DNA of 64,000 bases from Spirochaetaceae bacterium (GCA_051531975.1 JAOPTT010000004.1:64001-128000), one strand, 5' to 3'; shown: positions 1-11,014, counted from the stretch's first letter. Numbers and translations are program-made. Notes: generated by a model from the letters alone, not told the origin.

Positions 1-2
1 AT

Positions 3-233
3 CCCATAGAAGCCGGTCTAACATCAGCAGAACTTATACTGCTAGAAAACCTATGTTGTTATAAAGAGTCTAATTCACAACTTGGTTTAAGATTAAAAAA
101 GTCCGAAAATACTGTTAAAGTTCAACTGACAAATATTATGAATAAAATAGGAGCTGATGATAGACATCAGCTAATTGATTTATGTAGGTTTTACTACCTC
201 AAAATGAAAGAATTAAAAGCCTTCACTATTTAG
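3..233 (+). CDS. 3' end of a LuxR/NarL-type HTH transcriptional regulator (partial, starts before window)
   Basis: Open frame read manually: ...GLTSAELILLENLCCYKESNSQLGLRLKKSENTVKVQLTNIMNKIGADDRHQL...*; matches the LuxR HTH pattern LT..E....../S..TVK.....I..K.G; TAG at 231-233. Confidence 0.75.
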   Translation, partial: PIEAGLTSAELILLENLCCYKESNSQLGLRLKKSENTVKVQLTNIMNKIGADDRHQLIDLCRFYYLKMKELKAFTI

Positions 234-996
234 AATTAAGGATCTTTTTGAAATCAGAGATTGTTGCATAAGCTTTACTCATAGGGAATGTCAATTTCCC
301 TGTTTCACGGAATTTTGCTGCAGCTTTATGGTTAAAACATTGATTAGCTGTTAAAAACTGACCCCAGAAACCAAGATGCCACTCAATATCCCACATTCTG
401 TCATGAATGGAATTGTTCCACTCTTTTGGCATTTTTTGTTGCCATGCTGGAAGATCATTAAGCCAACTAACTGTCCTTAATCCTTTGAATCCAGCTTTTT
501 CTGCTTCGGATACAGCTATATTAAGTTTGTTGTAAAAATATTTTTCATCAGATAAAAAAGATTTTGGATATAGTGAGTTTTCCATGTGAATTTCCAAGAA
601 TTCCTCTTTTGATGAAAGATCGTATCTAATCCAACTCGCTGGGCGGTATTTATCATTATTAATTCCTACCAAGTCTCTCTTAGCTCTAGTTTCTATATAT
701 GGTTTTAGTAGTTCAAATCCACTTATTTCAAACTTTTTTGGGTCGTTATCTAAATTATATATTTCTTCTAGTTCTAAACGTAACTTTGGCCACTTCTCGC
801 CTTCAAAATTAGGAAAATCATAGATTGTTTTAGGATTGAATTCTGTGTGACAAACTAAAGGTGTCCTTTCGTGTAAAATCCAAGTAAAATCCTTGTTAGG
901 CTCTCTATTTTTCCACTCTGCAGCTACCCAAAGACTCAACTTTACTGTTTCATTTAAATATTCTTTGTGTTCTTTTAATGTTTTTTTATTATGCAT
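226..996 (-). CDS. hypothetical protein, Trp-rich, possible GNAT-like C-terminal fold
   Basis: 256 aa ORF with AAGGA SD upstream; no family recognised with certainty. Confidence 0.75.
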   Translation of the reverse strand: MHNKKTLKEHKEYLNETVKLSLWVAAEWKNREPNKDFTWILHERTPLVCHTEFNPKTIYDFPNFEGEKWPKLRLELEEIYNLDNDPKKFEISGFELLKPYIETRAKRDLVGINNDKYRPASWIRYDLSSKEEFLEIHMENSLYPKSFLSDEKYFYNKLNIAVSEAEKAGFKGLRTVSWLNDLPAWQQKMPKEWNNSIHDRMWDIEWHLGFWGQFLTANQCFNHKAAAKFRETGKLTFPMSKAYATISDFKKILNSK

Positions 997-1070
997 ATAT
1001 ATTCCTTACTTAGAAAGATAATACATAATTACTCTTTTTTCTATAAAGATGATGATGTATGTTTATAAGT

Positions 1071-2237
1071 ATGAATAATTTTATATATTATAATCCAGTT
1101 AAGATTGTTTTTGGAAAAGATACAATCAATAAATTAGAAAGTCTGCTTCCCGTAGATAAAAAAATACTACTTCTTTACGGTGGAGGATCAATTAAAAAAA
1201 ATGGTGTTTACGATCAAGTTATTAGTGCAACTAAGAAGTTTGAAGTCGTGGAGTTTTCTGGAATTGAAGCTAACCCTGTTTATGCAACATGTTTGAAAGC
1301 TGTAGAAATAGTTAAAAAAGAGAACATAGAATTCATATTAGCTGTTGGAGGTGGGTCAGTTGCAGATGCAGCAAAGTTTATTGCGGCAGTATCAGCAATG
1401 GAATGTGATGATCCATGGGATACTATAGTTGTAAAAGCAAATGTTACAAGTGCTCTACCGGTTGGAACAGTTATGACTCTACCTGCCACAGGTTCAGAAA
1501 TGAATGGTAACTCAGTTGTATCGAATAGTGAGTTAGGTATTAAAAGAGCATTTTCAAGTCCTAAATTATATCCAGTATTCTCTATTTTAGACCCTGAGAC
1601 TACATTTTCATTACCTCCTAGGCAAGTTGCTAATGGTATTGTTGATGCATATATACATGTCTTAGAGCAATATCTTACAACTGATATTAACACATCTGTA
1701 CAGGATCGCTGGGCTGAAGGTATTCTATTAACACTTATAGGTTTAGGTAAACGAGTAATAGATAATCCAACAGATTATGATGCTAGATGTAACTTGGTTT
1801 GGGCAGCAACCTGTGCGTTAAATGGTATTATTGGTGTAGGTGTAGATCAAGACTGGTCCACCCATGTAATAAGCCATGAAATTACAATTGCATATGGTAC
1901 TGATCATGCTCAAAGTTTAGCTATAGTATTACCTGGTCTTTTGAGTATTCAGCGTAAGCAGAAACAAAAAAAACTACTACAGTATGCAAGTAGAGTTTGG
2001 GGTGTTACTCAAGGTGATGCTAATGTTGTAATAGACGAAGTTATTACAAGAACTTCTCTGTTTTTTCAATCTGTAGGTGTTTCTGGTCGATTTGTAGACT
2101 ACAATATCGACCCTGAAAAAGCTGCAGAAGAAATAGGTGAAATTTTTATTGCTAGGGATTCAATGTTAGGTGAAAAGCAAGATATATCTGGAGAAGTTGT
2201 AAAAAAGATTTTATTAAATAGGCAGTGTCTATATTAA
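1071..2237 (+). CDS. iron-containing (NADPH-dependent, YqhD/BdhA-like) alcohol dehydrogenase
   Basis: MNNF.YYNP start, GGGS motifs, TLPATGSE, metal ligands D..H / H / H (VDAYIH, STH, DHA); start moved from 1059 to 1071 by homology. Confidence 0.92.
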   Translation: MNNFIYYNPVKIVFGKDTINKLESLLPVDKKILLLYGGGSIKKNGVYDQVISATKKFEVVEFSGIEANPVYATCLKAVEIVKKENIEFILAVGGGSVADAAKFIAAVSAMECDDPWDTIVVKANVTSALPVGTVMTLPATGSEMNGNSVVSNSELGIKRAFSSPKLYPVFSILDPETTFSLPPRQVANGIVDAYIHVLEQYLTTDINTSVQDRWAEGILLTLIGLGKRVIDNPTDYDARCNLVWAATCALNGIIGVGVDQDWSTHVISHEITIAYGTDHAQSLAIVLPGLLSIQRKQKQKKLLQYASRVWGVTQGDANVVIDEVITRTSLFFQSVGVSGRFVDYNIDPEKAAEEIGEIFIARDSMLGEKQDISGEVVKKILLNRQCLY

Positions 2238-4063
2238 TAATAAACTACAATCTCTTCCCTTAGTTTTGTATGATTTGGCATAAAGTAAAGCAGTTGGGTA
2301 CTTGGTTCGTAGTAGTACCCAATACCCCATTTCTCAAAGTTTTTATCAGCACGCCATGCAGTACCTTTAAAATTTAAGCTTTTATATGGTTTAATACCTG
2401 ATATAATTAAAAAGTGAGAATTGACCTTAGTATATTTGTCTAATGGATAAGTTATAGTAATTCTTGTATCTTTACTTGATCTGTTTATTACAATCGAGTC
2501 TGAAATTGTCCAAATCTTTATACCGTTACTCTGATAATAGTGTGGTAGATATCGGTTTTGTGAAAGTAGTAGGTAACTATCTTCTGCTTTTATAATTTCC
2601 TGGGAATATGTCTTCTCTTTGAAATTATAGAAAGTAAAATTTGATCCTAAATTATCACTATTGTTCATATAGGTTTGTATTAGAGCTTCACCAATTGGTT
2701 TTGAATATTCACTTGTTTCATGTTGGGAAGCTTCAATTAATAGTTTCCCTGTTTTAAGGTTTAATAGTTGAGATGAAATATCTTCATTATTAACTAGATA
2801 TATCCCAGAGTCATCCCATTTAATATTTTGAATTATTAAGTCTGTAATCTGCTTTATACTATCACTACTTATACTATTTATAGTTCCCATATCTAGAATT
2901 TGTATTAGGTGATATAAGGAGTTGGAAAGTTCGGTTAAGTTTAGGTTTTTTTTATCAATTTCATTTATAATCTTCTCAAGAGTAGTTATTTCAATCTCAC
3001 CAGCTTCAAAATAATGTAATGGAATTTGTGATTGGAGTATTTTATTATCTCCAGATTTAATTTGCCTCTTTATCTCTGTTAGTTCTTTCTTATCTAGGGA
3101 CATTCCCTTGTTTCCATTACGTACAACATTCCCAAGAAAGGGTGTGGAGTTATAGGTAAGTATATTAGGGTATCGAGATTTTATTCCCTTTATCTTTTTA
3201 AGACTATTTGTATAATTTCCTGTTAACATCGCCTTTGCAAGATAAACAATTATACTATTTTCTGAGAATTTATTTAGGCTAGGTATATTCTTCCAAGTTT
3301 CACCATTAGTATCATTTTTGGGTACATATCTAATTGGACCAAAGACTTGGTTAATACCGTCATCAATCTTACTAAGATAATTTTCTAATAAAACTGCTAA
3401 AGACTCTTTTTCAAGTTTCTTTTGTTCAATATACCACTGTTCTGCTATAGGTAGATCACTATCGTCTAACTGGCTAAATGTAAGAGTTGAAACTTTATCA
3501 TCCAAAGCAGTTAAATGTATCCGTTTTTCCAATTGATTTACAAAATATTTATCATTGACTTTAAGGTGAAATTCCTGGTTTTCATTGCTAATAACATAAG
3601 ATAACTCTGTTTCGTTCAATTCATAATTATTAACAAGTGTATAAGGAATGTATAATTCTTTTATATTAGGAAATACCCTAGGAATATTACTGCTTATTGT
3701 TAGTCTTTCCCCATAGTTATCAACTCTAAATATTAAAGAGATACTGTTTTCTAAGTTTACTTGCACAGAATTATCCATAATACTTAGGTCTTCTATATTA
3801 GAAGATCGTATTATATCGTCGTCACTAATTACAGTTACGACATTCTTTTTTGATAAGTAAAATGATAAACCTTTGTAAGTTAATTCAAGAGATTTTATTC
3901 TTTTTGGTATCAAGGGAAAATCTATTGATGATGTCTCTTTTATGTCTAAACCATCAATGTTGTATGAATGAATCTCTTTCCCTGAAAAGAAAAGATATAA
4001 TAGAGTTATTATTACAGCTATATATATTAGTCTAAATATAGATGTTATTTTAAAGATTTTCAT
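2234..4063 (-). CDS. hypothetical membrane-anchored/exported protein
   Basis: 609 aa ORF, N-terminal hydrophobic helix, AAGGA upstream. Confidence 0.75.
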   Translation of the reverse strand: MKIFKITSIFRLIYIAVIITLLYLFFSGKEIHSYNIDGLDIKETSSIDFPLIPKRIKSLELTYKGLSFYLSKKNVVTVISDDDIIRSSNIEDLSIMDNSVQVNLENSISLIFRVDNYGERLTISSNIPRVFPNIKELYIPYTLVNNYELNETELSYVISNENQEFHLKVNDKYFVNQLEKRIHLTALDDKVSTLTFSQLDDSDLPIAEQWYIEQKKLEKESLAVLLENYLSKIDDGINQVFGPIRYVPKNDTNGETWKNIPSLNKFSENSIIVYLAKAMLTGNYTNSLKKIKGIKSRYPNILTYNSTPFLGNVVRNGNKGMSLDKKELTEIKRQIKSGDNKILQSQIPLHYFEAGEIEITTLEKIINEIDKKNLNLTELSNSLYHLIQILDMGTINSISSDSIKQITDLIIQNIKWDDSGIYLVNNEDISSQLLNLKTGKLLIEASQHETSEYSKPIGEALIQTYMNNSDNLGSNFTFYNFKEKTYSQEIIKAEDSYLLLSQNRYLPHYYQSNGIKIWTISDSIVINRSSKDTRITITYPLDKYTKVNSHFLIISGIKPYKSLNFKGTAWRADKNFEKWGIGYYYEPSTQLLYFMPNHTKLREEIVVYY

Positions 4064-4096
4064 ACAGAGTTTTCCTTATTCGCCGAACATAACTGT

Positions 4097-5530
4097 ATGA
4101 TAACAAGATATGTACCCATGGGTCTACTTTGTATTATAGTTTTTTTTGGCTGTAGTACTATAGAGATTGAAGAAAAAGTAGAAACTATACCAGAACCTAA
4201 AAAAATTGTAATAGAAATCGAACCAGTACCACTTTTACAACAAGTAGAAGATCTTTTAAATGAATATAATAATGATCCCAAGTTACTACTGAATACATTA
4301 CTTAAAATAGTTCCATCTGATAATTTTGAATATAACCAGTTGATATCTAGACTTTATCTCTCTACAGCAAAATACAACGACGCATTAGAGGCAATTTATA
4401 ATATTCCTGAATTTCAAAAGGATTTAAATAATCTTGAGGTTATTGTTATGTGTCAGTTAGCTTTACTGCAGGATTACACTCCTACTTTAGAAGTTATGTT
4501 AGGTCTTGATAAAAAAAATATTTTTGCACTAAATTATTTAGCGAGCTACCAAATCCAACAGGATGATTTGGATAAAGCTGAAAATAATCTTTTTGAAGTC
4601 TATTATCAAGATTCAGAAAATAGTATGGCCCTGGTTTTAATGGGGGATTTAGCCCTTAAGCGTGTTGAAAAAATGGGGTTAAGAAATAAAAAGGTTTTAA
4701 GTCAAAGAGAAGAGAAATCTATAACGGCTTTATATAATAGAACTCTACAGCTTTATTTAAAGGCTGGTGATTCAAATAATCCATCTTACTATGTAAAACT
4801 TAGTAATGTTTATAACAAACTAGGTAATAAATTAGATGCAATTAATTCGTTGGATCGAGCTATAAAGTTGGACAGTACCGATATATGGAATTATTATGAT
4901 CGAGGAAAGCTTTTTTTCTATACAAATTCTTATGAAAAAGCACTACAAGATTTTAATGTTGCATATTCAATCGATCCTGAACATTTTTTTACAAATGTCT
5001 TTTTAGGTAGGGTTAATTATAGTCTTAATAATTCCAAGGATGCCCTCTTTCATTATTCTAAAGCTCTTAAAATCAACCCAAACTATACTCCTGCATATAA
5101 AGAGGTTAGTATTTTATATTACATTTCTGGGGATAAGGAGAGATCTCTAGACTATTTAATTCGGTTATATAAAAGTAAAAAAGATAGAGATCCTTTTCTG
5201 CCATTGTTCCTTGTAAATTCTCTCTTTGAATCAGGCAAAGATGATGAAGCTAAAAAGTTATTACAAAATCTTGTCAAATATGAAAAAAACAGTACAATGA
5301 AAGGGATTTATAAATATTATCTAGACCCTAGACGAACAGGGGATCGAGTACTTAATAATGCTATGAACGTTGAAGATGATAACAGCCGTTTGAGGTTTTC
5401 TTATTATGTCTCATATGCATTAATCCGTGAGGGAGTTTCTTCCCTCTCTGAAACTCTTCTAAGAGAGGTCTTAGAATCTGGTATCGATTTTGAATCAAAA
5501 TTAGCTATGTATAAACTAGGAGAAATATAA
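4097..5530 (+). CDS. tetratricopeptide-repeat lipoprotein
   Basis: Signal peptide with lipobox FFGC; multiple TPR units (AI.LD, A...DP, AL.INP). Confidence 0.85.
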   Translation: MITRYVPMGLLCIIVFFGCSTIEIEEKVETIPEPKKIVIEIEPVPLLQQVEDLLNEYNNDPKLLLNTLLKIVPSDNFEYNQLISRLYLSTAKYNDALEAIYNIPEFQKDLNNLEVIVMCQLALLQDYTPTLEVMLGLDKKNIFALNYLASYQIQQDDLDKAENNLFEVYYQDSENSMALVLMGDLALKRVEKMGLRNKKVLSQREEKSITALYNRTLQLYLKAGDSNNPSYYVKLSNVYNKLGNKLDAINSLDRAIKLDSTDIWNYYDRGKLFFYTNSYEKALQDFNVAYSIDPEHFFTNVFLGRVNYSLNNSKDALFHYSKALKINPNYTPAYKEVSILYYISGDKERSLDYLIRLYKSKKDRDPFLPLFLVNSLFESGKDDEAKKLLQNLVKYEKNSTMKGIYKYYLDPRRTGDRVLNNAMNVEDDNSRLRFSYYVSYALIREGVSSLSETLLREVLESGIDFESKLAMYKLGEI

Positions 5531-6736
5531 ATGAGTAACGAAGTTATAGTAATAAAAGAGGGCGATACTATTACCCGCGTTAATATAGGTGATAGGGAGA
5601 TATGTCTAATTGGTACTGCCCATGTTTCTGCTGAAAGTGTTGCTGAGGTCGAGAGAGTTATCTCGGAAGAGAAACCAGACCATGTATGTGTTGAAATTGA
5701 TGCCACTAGATATAAATCAATGACACAACATCAATCTTGGAAAGATATGAATATTGTTAAAATCATTAAAGAGCAAAAAAGCTTTGTAGTATTAGCAAAT
5801 CTAATGTTATCTTCTTTCCAAAAAAGAATGGGTTCATCGGTTGGTATGAAGCCAGGAGAAGATATGAAAGCAGCAATTGATGTTGCAGAAAAAGAAGGTA
5901 TACCATTCTCTTTTAGTGATCGAGACATTCAAGTAACTCTGAATAGAGCTTGGCGTAAAAGTAGTTTTTGGGATAAAAATAAGGTCCTGGCTGTTCTGAT
6001 TTCATCTGCTTTCTCAGGTGAAGAAGCTAGTGCAGAAGATATTGAGAATTTAAAAGATCGAAATGAACTAGAAGGTATGATGGATGAACTTGCTAAAGAG
6101 CTACCTAAAGTAAAAGAAGTTCTTATTGATGAGAGAGATCAATATTTAGCAGTATCAGCATTTGATAGACCAGAGAAAAAGGTTGTTTCTGTTGTTGGAG
6201 CAGGTCATGTCCCTGGTATGATTCGTTGGTTTGAAGATTTAGAAAGTAAAAAGAAGACAAATGATGTTTCAGAAATATCTCATGTTCCTCCAAAATCAAA
6301 GTTATCTAAGGCACTGCCTTTTATATTACCTATAATAATAATTGCCTTAATTACTGCTGGATTTATCTTTAATGGTGCAGATGTAGGTTTTGAAATGATA
6401 AGACAATGGGTTTTAACTAATGGAGTTTTATCTGCATTAGGATCAATAATTGCTTTAGGCCACCCTTTAACTATATTGGCTGCTTTTGTTTCTGCTCCAA
6501 TTACGTCGTTGAACCCAATGATAGGTGTTGGAATTGTGACAGGTATTGTAGAAACAGCTTTAAGAAAACCAAGAGTAGAGGACTTTGAGACATTAACAGA
6601 GGACGTTTCCAGTATTAAAACTTGGTACAAAAATAGAGTTTTACGAATTCTCCTAGTTGTTGCCCTATCATCTTTTGGTAGTGTAGCCGGAACATGGATC
6701 GGCGGAGCATTTATTGCAGCTGTTTTTGGTGGATAA
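5531..6736 (+). CDS. TraB/PrgY (pheromone shutdown, TIKI/TraB superfamily) protein with C-terminal TM helices
   Basis: IGTAH, CVEID, ERD, VVGAGH motifs; hydrophobic C-terminus with SLNP. Confidence 0.9.
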   Translation: MSNEVIVIKEGDTITRVNIGDREICLIGTAHVSAESVAEVERVISEEKPDHVCVEIDATRYKSMTQHQSWKDMNIVKIIKEQKSFVVLANLMLSSFQKRMGSSVGMKPGEDMKAAIDVAEKEGIPFSFSDRDIQVTLNRAWRKSSFWDKNKVLAVLISSAFSGEEASAEDIENLKDRNELEGMMDELAKELPKVKEVLIDERDQYLAVSAFDRPEKKVVSVVGAGHVPGMIRWFEDLESKKKTNDVSEISHVPPKSKLSKALPFILPIIIIALITAGFIFNGADVGFEMIRQWVLTNGVLSALGSIIALGHPLTILAAFVSAPITSLNPMIGVGIVTGIVETALRKPRVEDFETLTEDVSSIKTWYKNRVLRILLVVALSSFGSVAGTWIGGAFIAAVFGG

Positions 6737-6839
6737 TCAACAAATTTATTAAGAATTAATTAAAACGCACATTTTCACCTTTTTTTAAGTAACAAAAATA
6801 TTATATAACTTTGTTATAACTAATTATAAAGGTGATTTT

Positions 6840-7883
6840 GTGAAGAAGATTTATATACAAACTCTAATATTTTTATCAATTCTGGTGAGTTGTAATAAAA
6901 ATGTTATAAATGAGGAAGACACTAAAGTTAATAGTACTGCTATTCCTATAACTGTTTTAACTGCGGAAATATCTAGTTTTTATGAATACGGTGAGTATTA
7001 TGGTAGAACCCAGGGTGTTAAAAGAGCATCAATTATTAATATTCTTGGTGGAACTGTTGAATCTGTAGAAGTTTCTGAAGGTGCTGTTGTTAAGAAAGGT
7101 GACTCATTAGCAAAGATCTCCCATAGAAGTTCAGAGATAGCGCTCCAGTCAGCACTGTTAAATGAAAAAATTAGCGCAGATAACTACTTAACTCTTAAAA
7201 AGTTTTTGAAAAGTGGTAACTCTACTCCAAAAAATGTAGATCAGGCACAACTAGCTTGGTTATCAAGTCAAACAGGGCTTATTAATGCTCAAAAAGCCTA
7301 CGATGCTTCATTCTGTATAAGCCCAATTGATGGTGTAGTTGTTACACGTAACATCAATGTAGAAGACGAGGTAATGCAGGGGCAAAATACATTTTTAATA
7401 GAAGACTTATCTATTATCGAGATTAATATCGGAATCCCAGAAGGTGATATGAACGGTATAAAAGAGGGGAGTAAGGCAAATGTAACCTTAGATCTATACC
7501 CAGGAAGAGTTTGGGATGGAGTCTTAACAAGGTTTTCTAGAAGAAGTTCAGATAAAAATCTTACATTTACAGCAACAATAATAATAGACAATAAAGATGG
7601 AAATATTTTATCTGGAACTACAGCTAAAGTTCAATTATTAAGAAATAGTTATGAAGATAATGTAATATTGCCCACCGATGTTGTAATAAATGAAAATGGT
7701 CAAAACTTCGTAATGGTATATAAAAATGGAATGGCTTATAAAAGAGATGTTGTCGTTGGTGTATCTAATGTTGAACGCTGTGTAATACTTAATGGAATAG
7801 AACCAGGTGAAGTTTTAGTTCAAGAGGGTCTTCATCTGCTTGTTGATTCTCAAGAAGTTATTGTTATGAACGAAGGTATATAG
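6840..7883 (+). CDS. RND efflux periplasmic adaptor subunit (lipoprotein)
   Basis: Lipobox LVSC, V.EG..VKKG, SPIDGVV; first gene of RND triad; GTG start. Confidence 0.9.
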   Translation: MKKIYIQTLIFLSILVSCNKNVINEEDTKVNSTAIPITVLTAEISSFYEYGEYYGRTQGVKRASIINILGGTVESVEVSEGAVVKKGDSLAKISHRSSEIALQSALLNEKISADNYLTLKKFLKSGNSTPKNVDQAQLAWLSSQTGLINAQKAYDASFCISPIDGVVVTRNINVEDEVMQGQNTFLIEDLSIIEINIGIPEGDMNGIKEGSKANVTLDLYPGRVWDGVLTRFSRRSSDKNLTFTATIIIDNKDGNILSGTTAKVQLLRNSYEDNVILPTDVVINENGQNFVMVYKNGMAYKRDVVVGVSNVERCVILNGIEPGEVLVQEGLHLLVDSQEVIVMNEGI

Positions 7884-7884
7884 A

Positions 7885-10800
7885 GTGATTAAATTTCTAG
7901 TAAATAAATTTATACCAGTTCTGTGTTTTGCTATTCTTATAGTTATTATAGGTGTTAACGCTTATAATACCATTCCTAGAGAAGCTCAACCAGAAGTTAA
8001 AGTCCCTTGGATAATGGTTAATACATCTTATAGTGGAGTTGCTGCAAAAGATATTGAATCACTTATTACTTCAAAAATAGAGAATGAACTAGAAGGATTA
8101 GATGGACTTGAGAAAATAACATCTAGTACATATCAGAGTTACTCTTCTATTTTCCTGGAATTTTCTGCAGATACAACAGTGGAAAAAGCTCTAAGACTTA
8201 CTAAAGATCGGGTAGATGGTGTTAAAGGTGATTTACCAGAAGATTCTAGTGACCCATATGTTAAAGAGGTTTCCATGTCCGATTGGGCTCCTGTTTTAAC
8301 TATTGTGTTATCCCACCCTAAAGGTGTTGCAGTATTAGATAGTTATGCTAAAGAATTAAAAGAAAAGTTAAATGCTATAAACGGAGTACTAGAAACCGAT
8401 ATGTCTGGAGATCAGACTTGGGAGCTTGCTATAGAACTTGATCCTGATAAATTAGAGCATTATAATTTTAATATTGATAATGTTAAAAATGCTATAAGGG
8501 GAGAACATACTACAATTCCTGGAGGGATTCTTAGAAATAGTAAAAAGAGTTATTCATTATCAGTTACTGGAGAGATCAAAGATCCAAATTTATTTGGTGA
8601 TATTGTTGTAAGTAAAGAGGGAAGAAAAGTTAAATTAAAGGATTTAGGTGAAGTTATCTTTAAACCTGCTGCTCCAAATTCTTTTGCCAGAATAAATAAT
8701 AAAGCAGCCATTACATTAAATGTAAAAAAGAAAGTTGGTGCAAACGTAGTTGAACTTATTAAAAGAGCAAAATTAATTATCGAAAATATGGAATCCCAGC
8801 TACCTAAAGGTGGTGAAATAATAATTACATATGACGATTCTAAAATAATCGATTCCATGATTGCTGATTTAGAAAACAATATGTTTACAAGTATTATTTT
8901 AGTGTTATTTGTAACATTCCTATTTTTAGGAAAAACCAACTCTGTGTTTGTTTCGATAGCAATCCCTTTCTCTATGTTAATATCTTTTTTTGTTTTACAG
9001 CTAATGGGTATAACTTTAAATATGATGGTTCTTTTTAGTCTCATATTAGCCCTTGGAATGTTAGTAGATAACGGTATTGTTATAGTCGAAAATATTTTTA
9101 GGCATGGTGCTATGGGTAAAGATAGGAAACAAGCTGCAATTGACGGAACTAAAGAGGTTGCCGGTCCAATTATTGCGTCTACACTTACTACTTGTTTGGT
9201 ATTTTTTCCAATACTATTTATGCCAGGAATTATGGGTGAATTTATGTCTTTCATCCCTAAAACTGTGATTGTTGTTTTATTAGCATCATTGGGAGTAGGT
9301 CTATCTATAACGCCTGTTTTTTGTTCAAAGTTTTTACGAATCTCTGATACTTCATTAAAAAAGATGGTTGAAGGTGGTGGATTTTTTGGGACTATACAGT
9401 CGTGGTATTACAAACTATTAAATTATGCAATTCATAGATCTAAGAGGTTTATTATACTCTCTATTGTTATATGTTTATTAGGAGTTGGAGCCTATATTTT
9501 AAGAGGTGTTGATCCTACATTTTTCCCACCTATGGATCCAGGTCAAGTTAGAATTTCTATTGAGGCTCCAAATGGAAGTTCCATCGAAGAGACTGATAAA
9601 TTTGTAGAAAAAGTAGCAGGAATTGTCGCTACATCTAATACATCAATGGCAAGTTTTACCTCTAATACTAATAGTGGTGGTAAAGGGGCCATAACTGTCA
9701 ACTTTCTAGACTATAACGAAAGAGAAATTTCTGGAGAGGAAGGCCAAGTAACCCTGGCTGAAAATCTGAAAAATGTTACTGGGGCCAAAGTTGTTGTAGA
9801 AAGTGATACAGGAATGGGTGGAAATGATATCTCTTACCGTGTGATTGGAGATGAATATACAGTATTAGGTGACATTAGTAAAAAGTTGATAAATATTATT
9901 CAGTCTCATAACGAGGTAAAAATTGTAGATACTGACTATGAAGCTACTGAACCGGAATACTTAATAGAAGTAAATAGAGATAAAGCTGCATTTTATGGAC
10001 TTAATACTCAACAAGTCGCACTTACTATAAGAAATGCAATAAATGGTTCAACAGTAGGAAAGTATAGGGTCGGGGATGACGAATACGATATAAATGTTAG
10101 GTATAAAGATAGCGCAAGAAAGTCTATTGAAAATCTTCAGAATCTGCAGCTTACCATGGATGGGAAAAGAATTGCCTTAAGGAATATAGCAACTATAACA
10201 CCTGGAACTACAATTGGAGTTATTAAAAGAGAGGCTCAACAAAGAACTGTAAATGTTTATGGTAGTGTTAAAAAAGGTCTTACAAATACACAAGAAGTAT
10301 TAGGTGATATTAAAACAGAGATAGAAGAGATAAAAAAAACTCTTCCAGAAGGATATGATATTTTATTAGGGTCCGATGGAGAGATGCAAAATGAAGCTAC
10401 AGGGTTTTTAATACAGGCTTTTATTATTGCTGGTTTTTTAATTTTTATACTTTTAGTTGGTCAGTTTAATTCTATTGTAGATCCAATAATTAGTTTTACA
10501 GCATCTTTATTGGCTATTGGAGGAGTTTTTTGGGGCTTTGCAATATCTGGGATGAGTTTTGGAATTATAATGTCTGGTATCGGTTGTATATCACTTATAG
10601 GAGTAGCTGTTAATAACTGTATTGTTTTAGTCGATTATACAAACCTATTAATAAAAGATGGCATAGACTGGAAAATAGCAATTCCAGAAGCCGGGAAAAC
10701 TAGACTAAAGCCAGTTATATTAACAGCTCTTACAACAGTTTTAGCATTAATACCGATGGGTATTGGGATAAGCTTTGATTTAGGCTCTCTTGGAATACAG

Positions 10801-11004
10801 TGGGATTCTGAAAATGCAGCGATGTGGAAACCATTTGCTTGGGCAATGATGTTTGGTTTAACTTTCTCTACATTTTTGACATTAATTATTGTCCCAGTTA
10901 TGTTAAGTGTTAAACATAGTACTTTAGAAAAAATGAGAATAAAAAAAGAAGCGAGAAGAAACCTTTCAGAAGGAAATGAAATTAATAATGCATTTCAAAT
11001 ATAA
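7885..11004 (+). CDS. RND efflux permease (AcrB/AcrD/AcrF family)
   Basis: 1039 aa; GMLVDNGIVIVENI, RLKPVILTALTT, 12-TM pattern. Confidence 0.95.
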   Translation: MIKFLVNKFIPVLCFAILIVIIGVNAYNTIPREAQPEVKVPWIMVNTSYSGVAAKDIESLITSKIENELEGLDGLEKITSSTYQSYSSIFLEFSADTTVEKALRLTKDRVDGVKGDLPEDSSDPYVKEVSMSDWAPVLTIVLSHPKGVAVLDSYAKELKEKLNAINGVLETDMSGDQTWELAIELDPDKLEHYNFNIDNVKNAIRGEHTTIPGGILRNSKKSYSLSVTGEIKDPNLFGDIVVSKEGRKVKLKDLGEVIFKPAAPNSFARINNKAAITLNVKKKVGANVVELIKRAKLIIENMESQLPKGGEIIITYDDSKIIDSMIADLENNMFTSIILVLFVTFLFLGKTNSVFVSIAIPFSMLISFFVLQLMGITLNMMVLFSLILALGMLVDNGIVIVENIFRHGAMGKDRKQAAIDGTKEVAGPIIASTLTTCLVFFPILFMPGIMGEFMSFIPKTVIVVLLASLGVGLSITPVFCSKFLRISDTSLKKMVEGGGFFGTIQSWYYKLLNYAIHRSKRFIILSIVICLLGVGAYILRGVDPTFFPPMDPGQVRISIEAPNGSSIEETDKFVEKVAGIVATSNTSMASFTSNTNSGGKGAITVNFLDYNEREISGEEGQVTLAENLKNVTGAKVVVESDTGMGGNDISYRVIGDEYTVLGDISKKLINIIQSHNEVKIVDTDYEATEPEYLIEVNRDKAAFYGLNTQQVALTIRNAINGSTVGKYRVGDDEYDINVRYKDSARKSIENLQNLQLTMDGKRIALRNIATITPGTTIGVIKREAQQRTVNVYGSVKKGLTNTQEVLGDIKTEIEEIKKTLPEGYDILLGSDGEMQNEATGFLIQAFIIAGFLIFILLVGQFNSIVDPIISFTASLLAIGGVFWGFAISGMSFGIIMSGIGCISLIGVAVNNCIVLVDYTNLLIKDGIDWKIAIPEAGKTRLKPVILTALTTVLALIPMGIGISFDLGSLGIQWDSENAAMWKPFAWAMMFGLTFSTFLTLIIVPVMLSVKHSTLEKMRIKKEARRNLSEGNEINNAFQI

Positions 11005-11014
11005 GGACAATTAA

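Noticed and set aside
5531..6736. TraB as evidence of a conjugative element
   Set aside because: This is the chromosomal TraB/PrgY family; no T4SS, relaxase or integrase genes in the window
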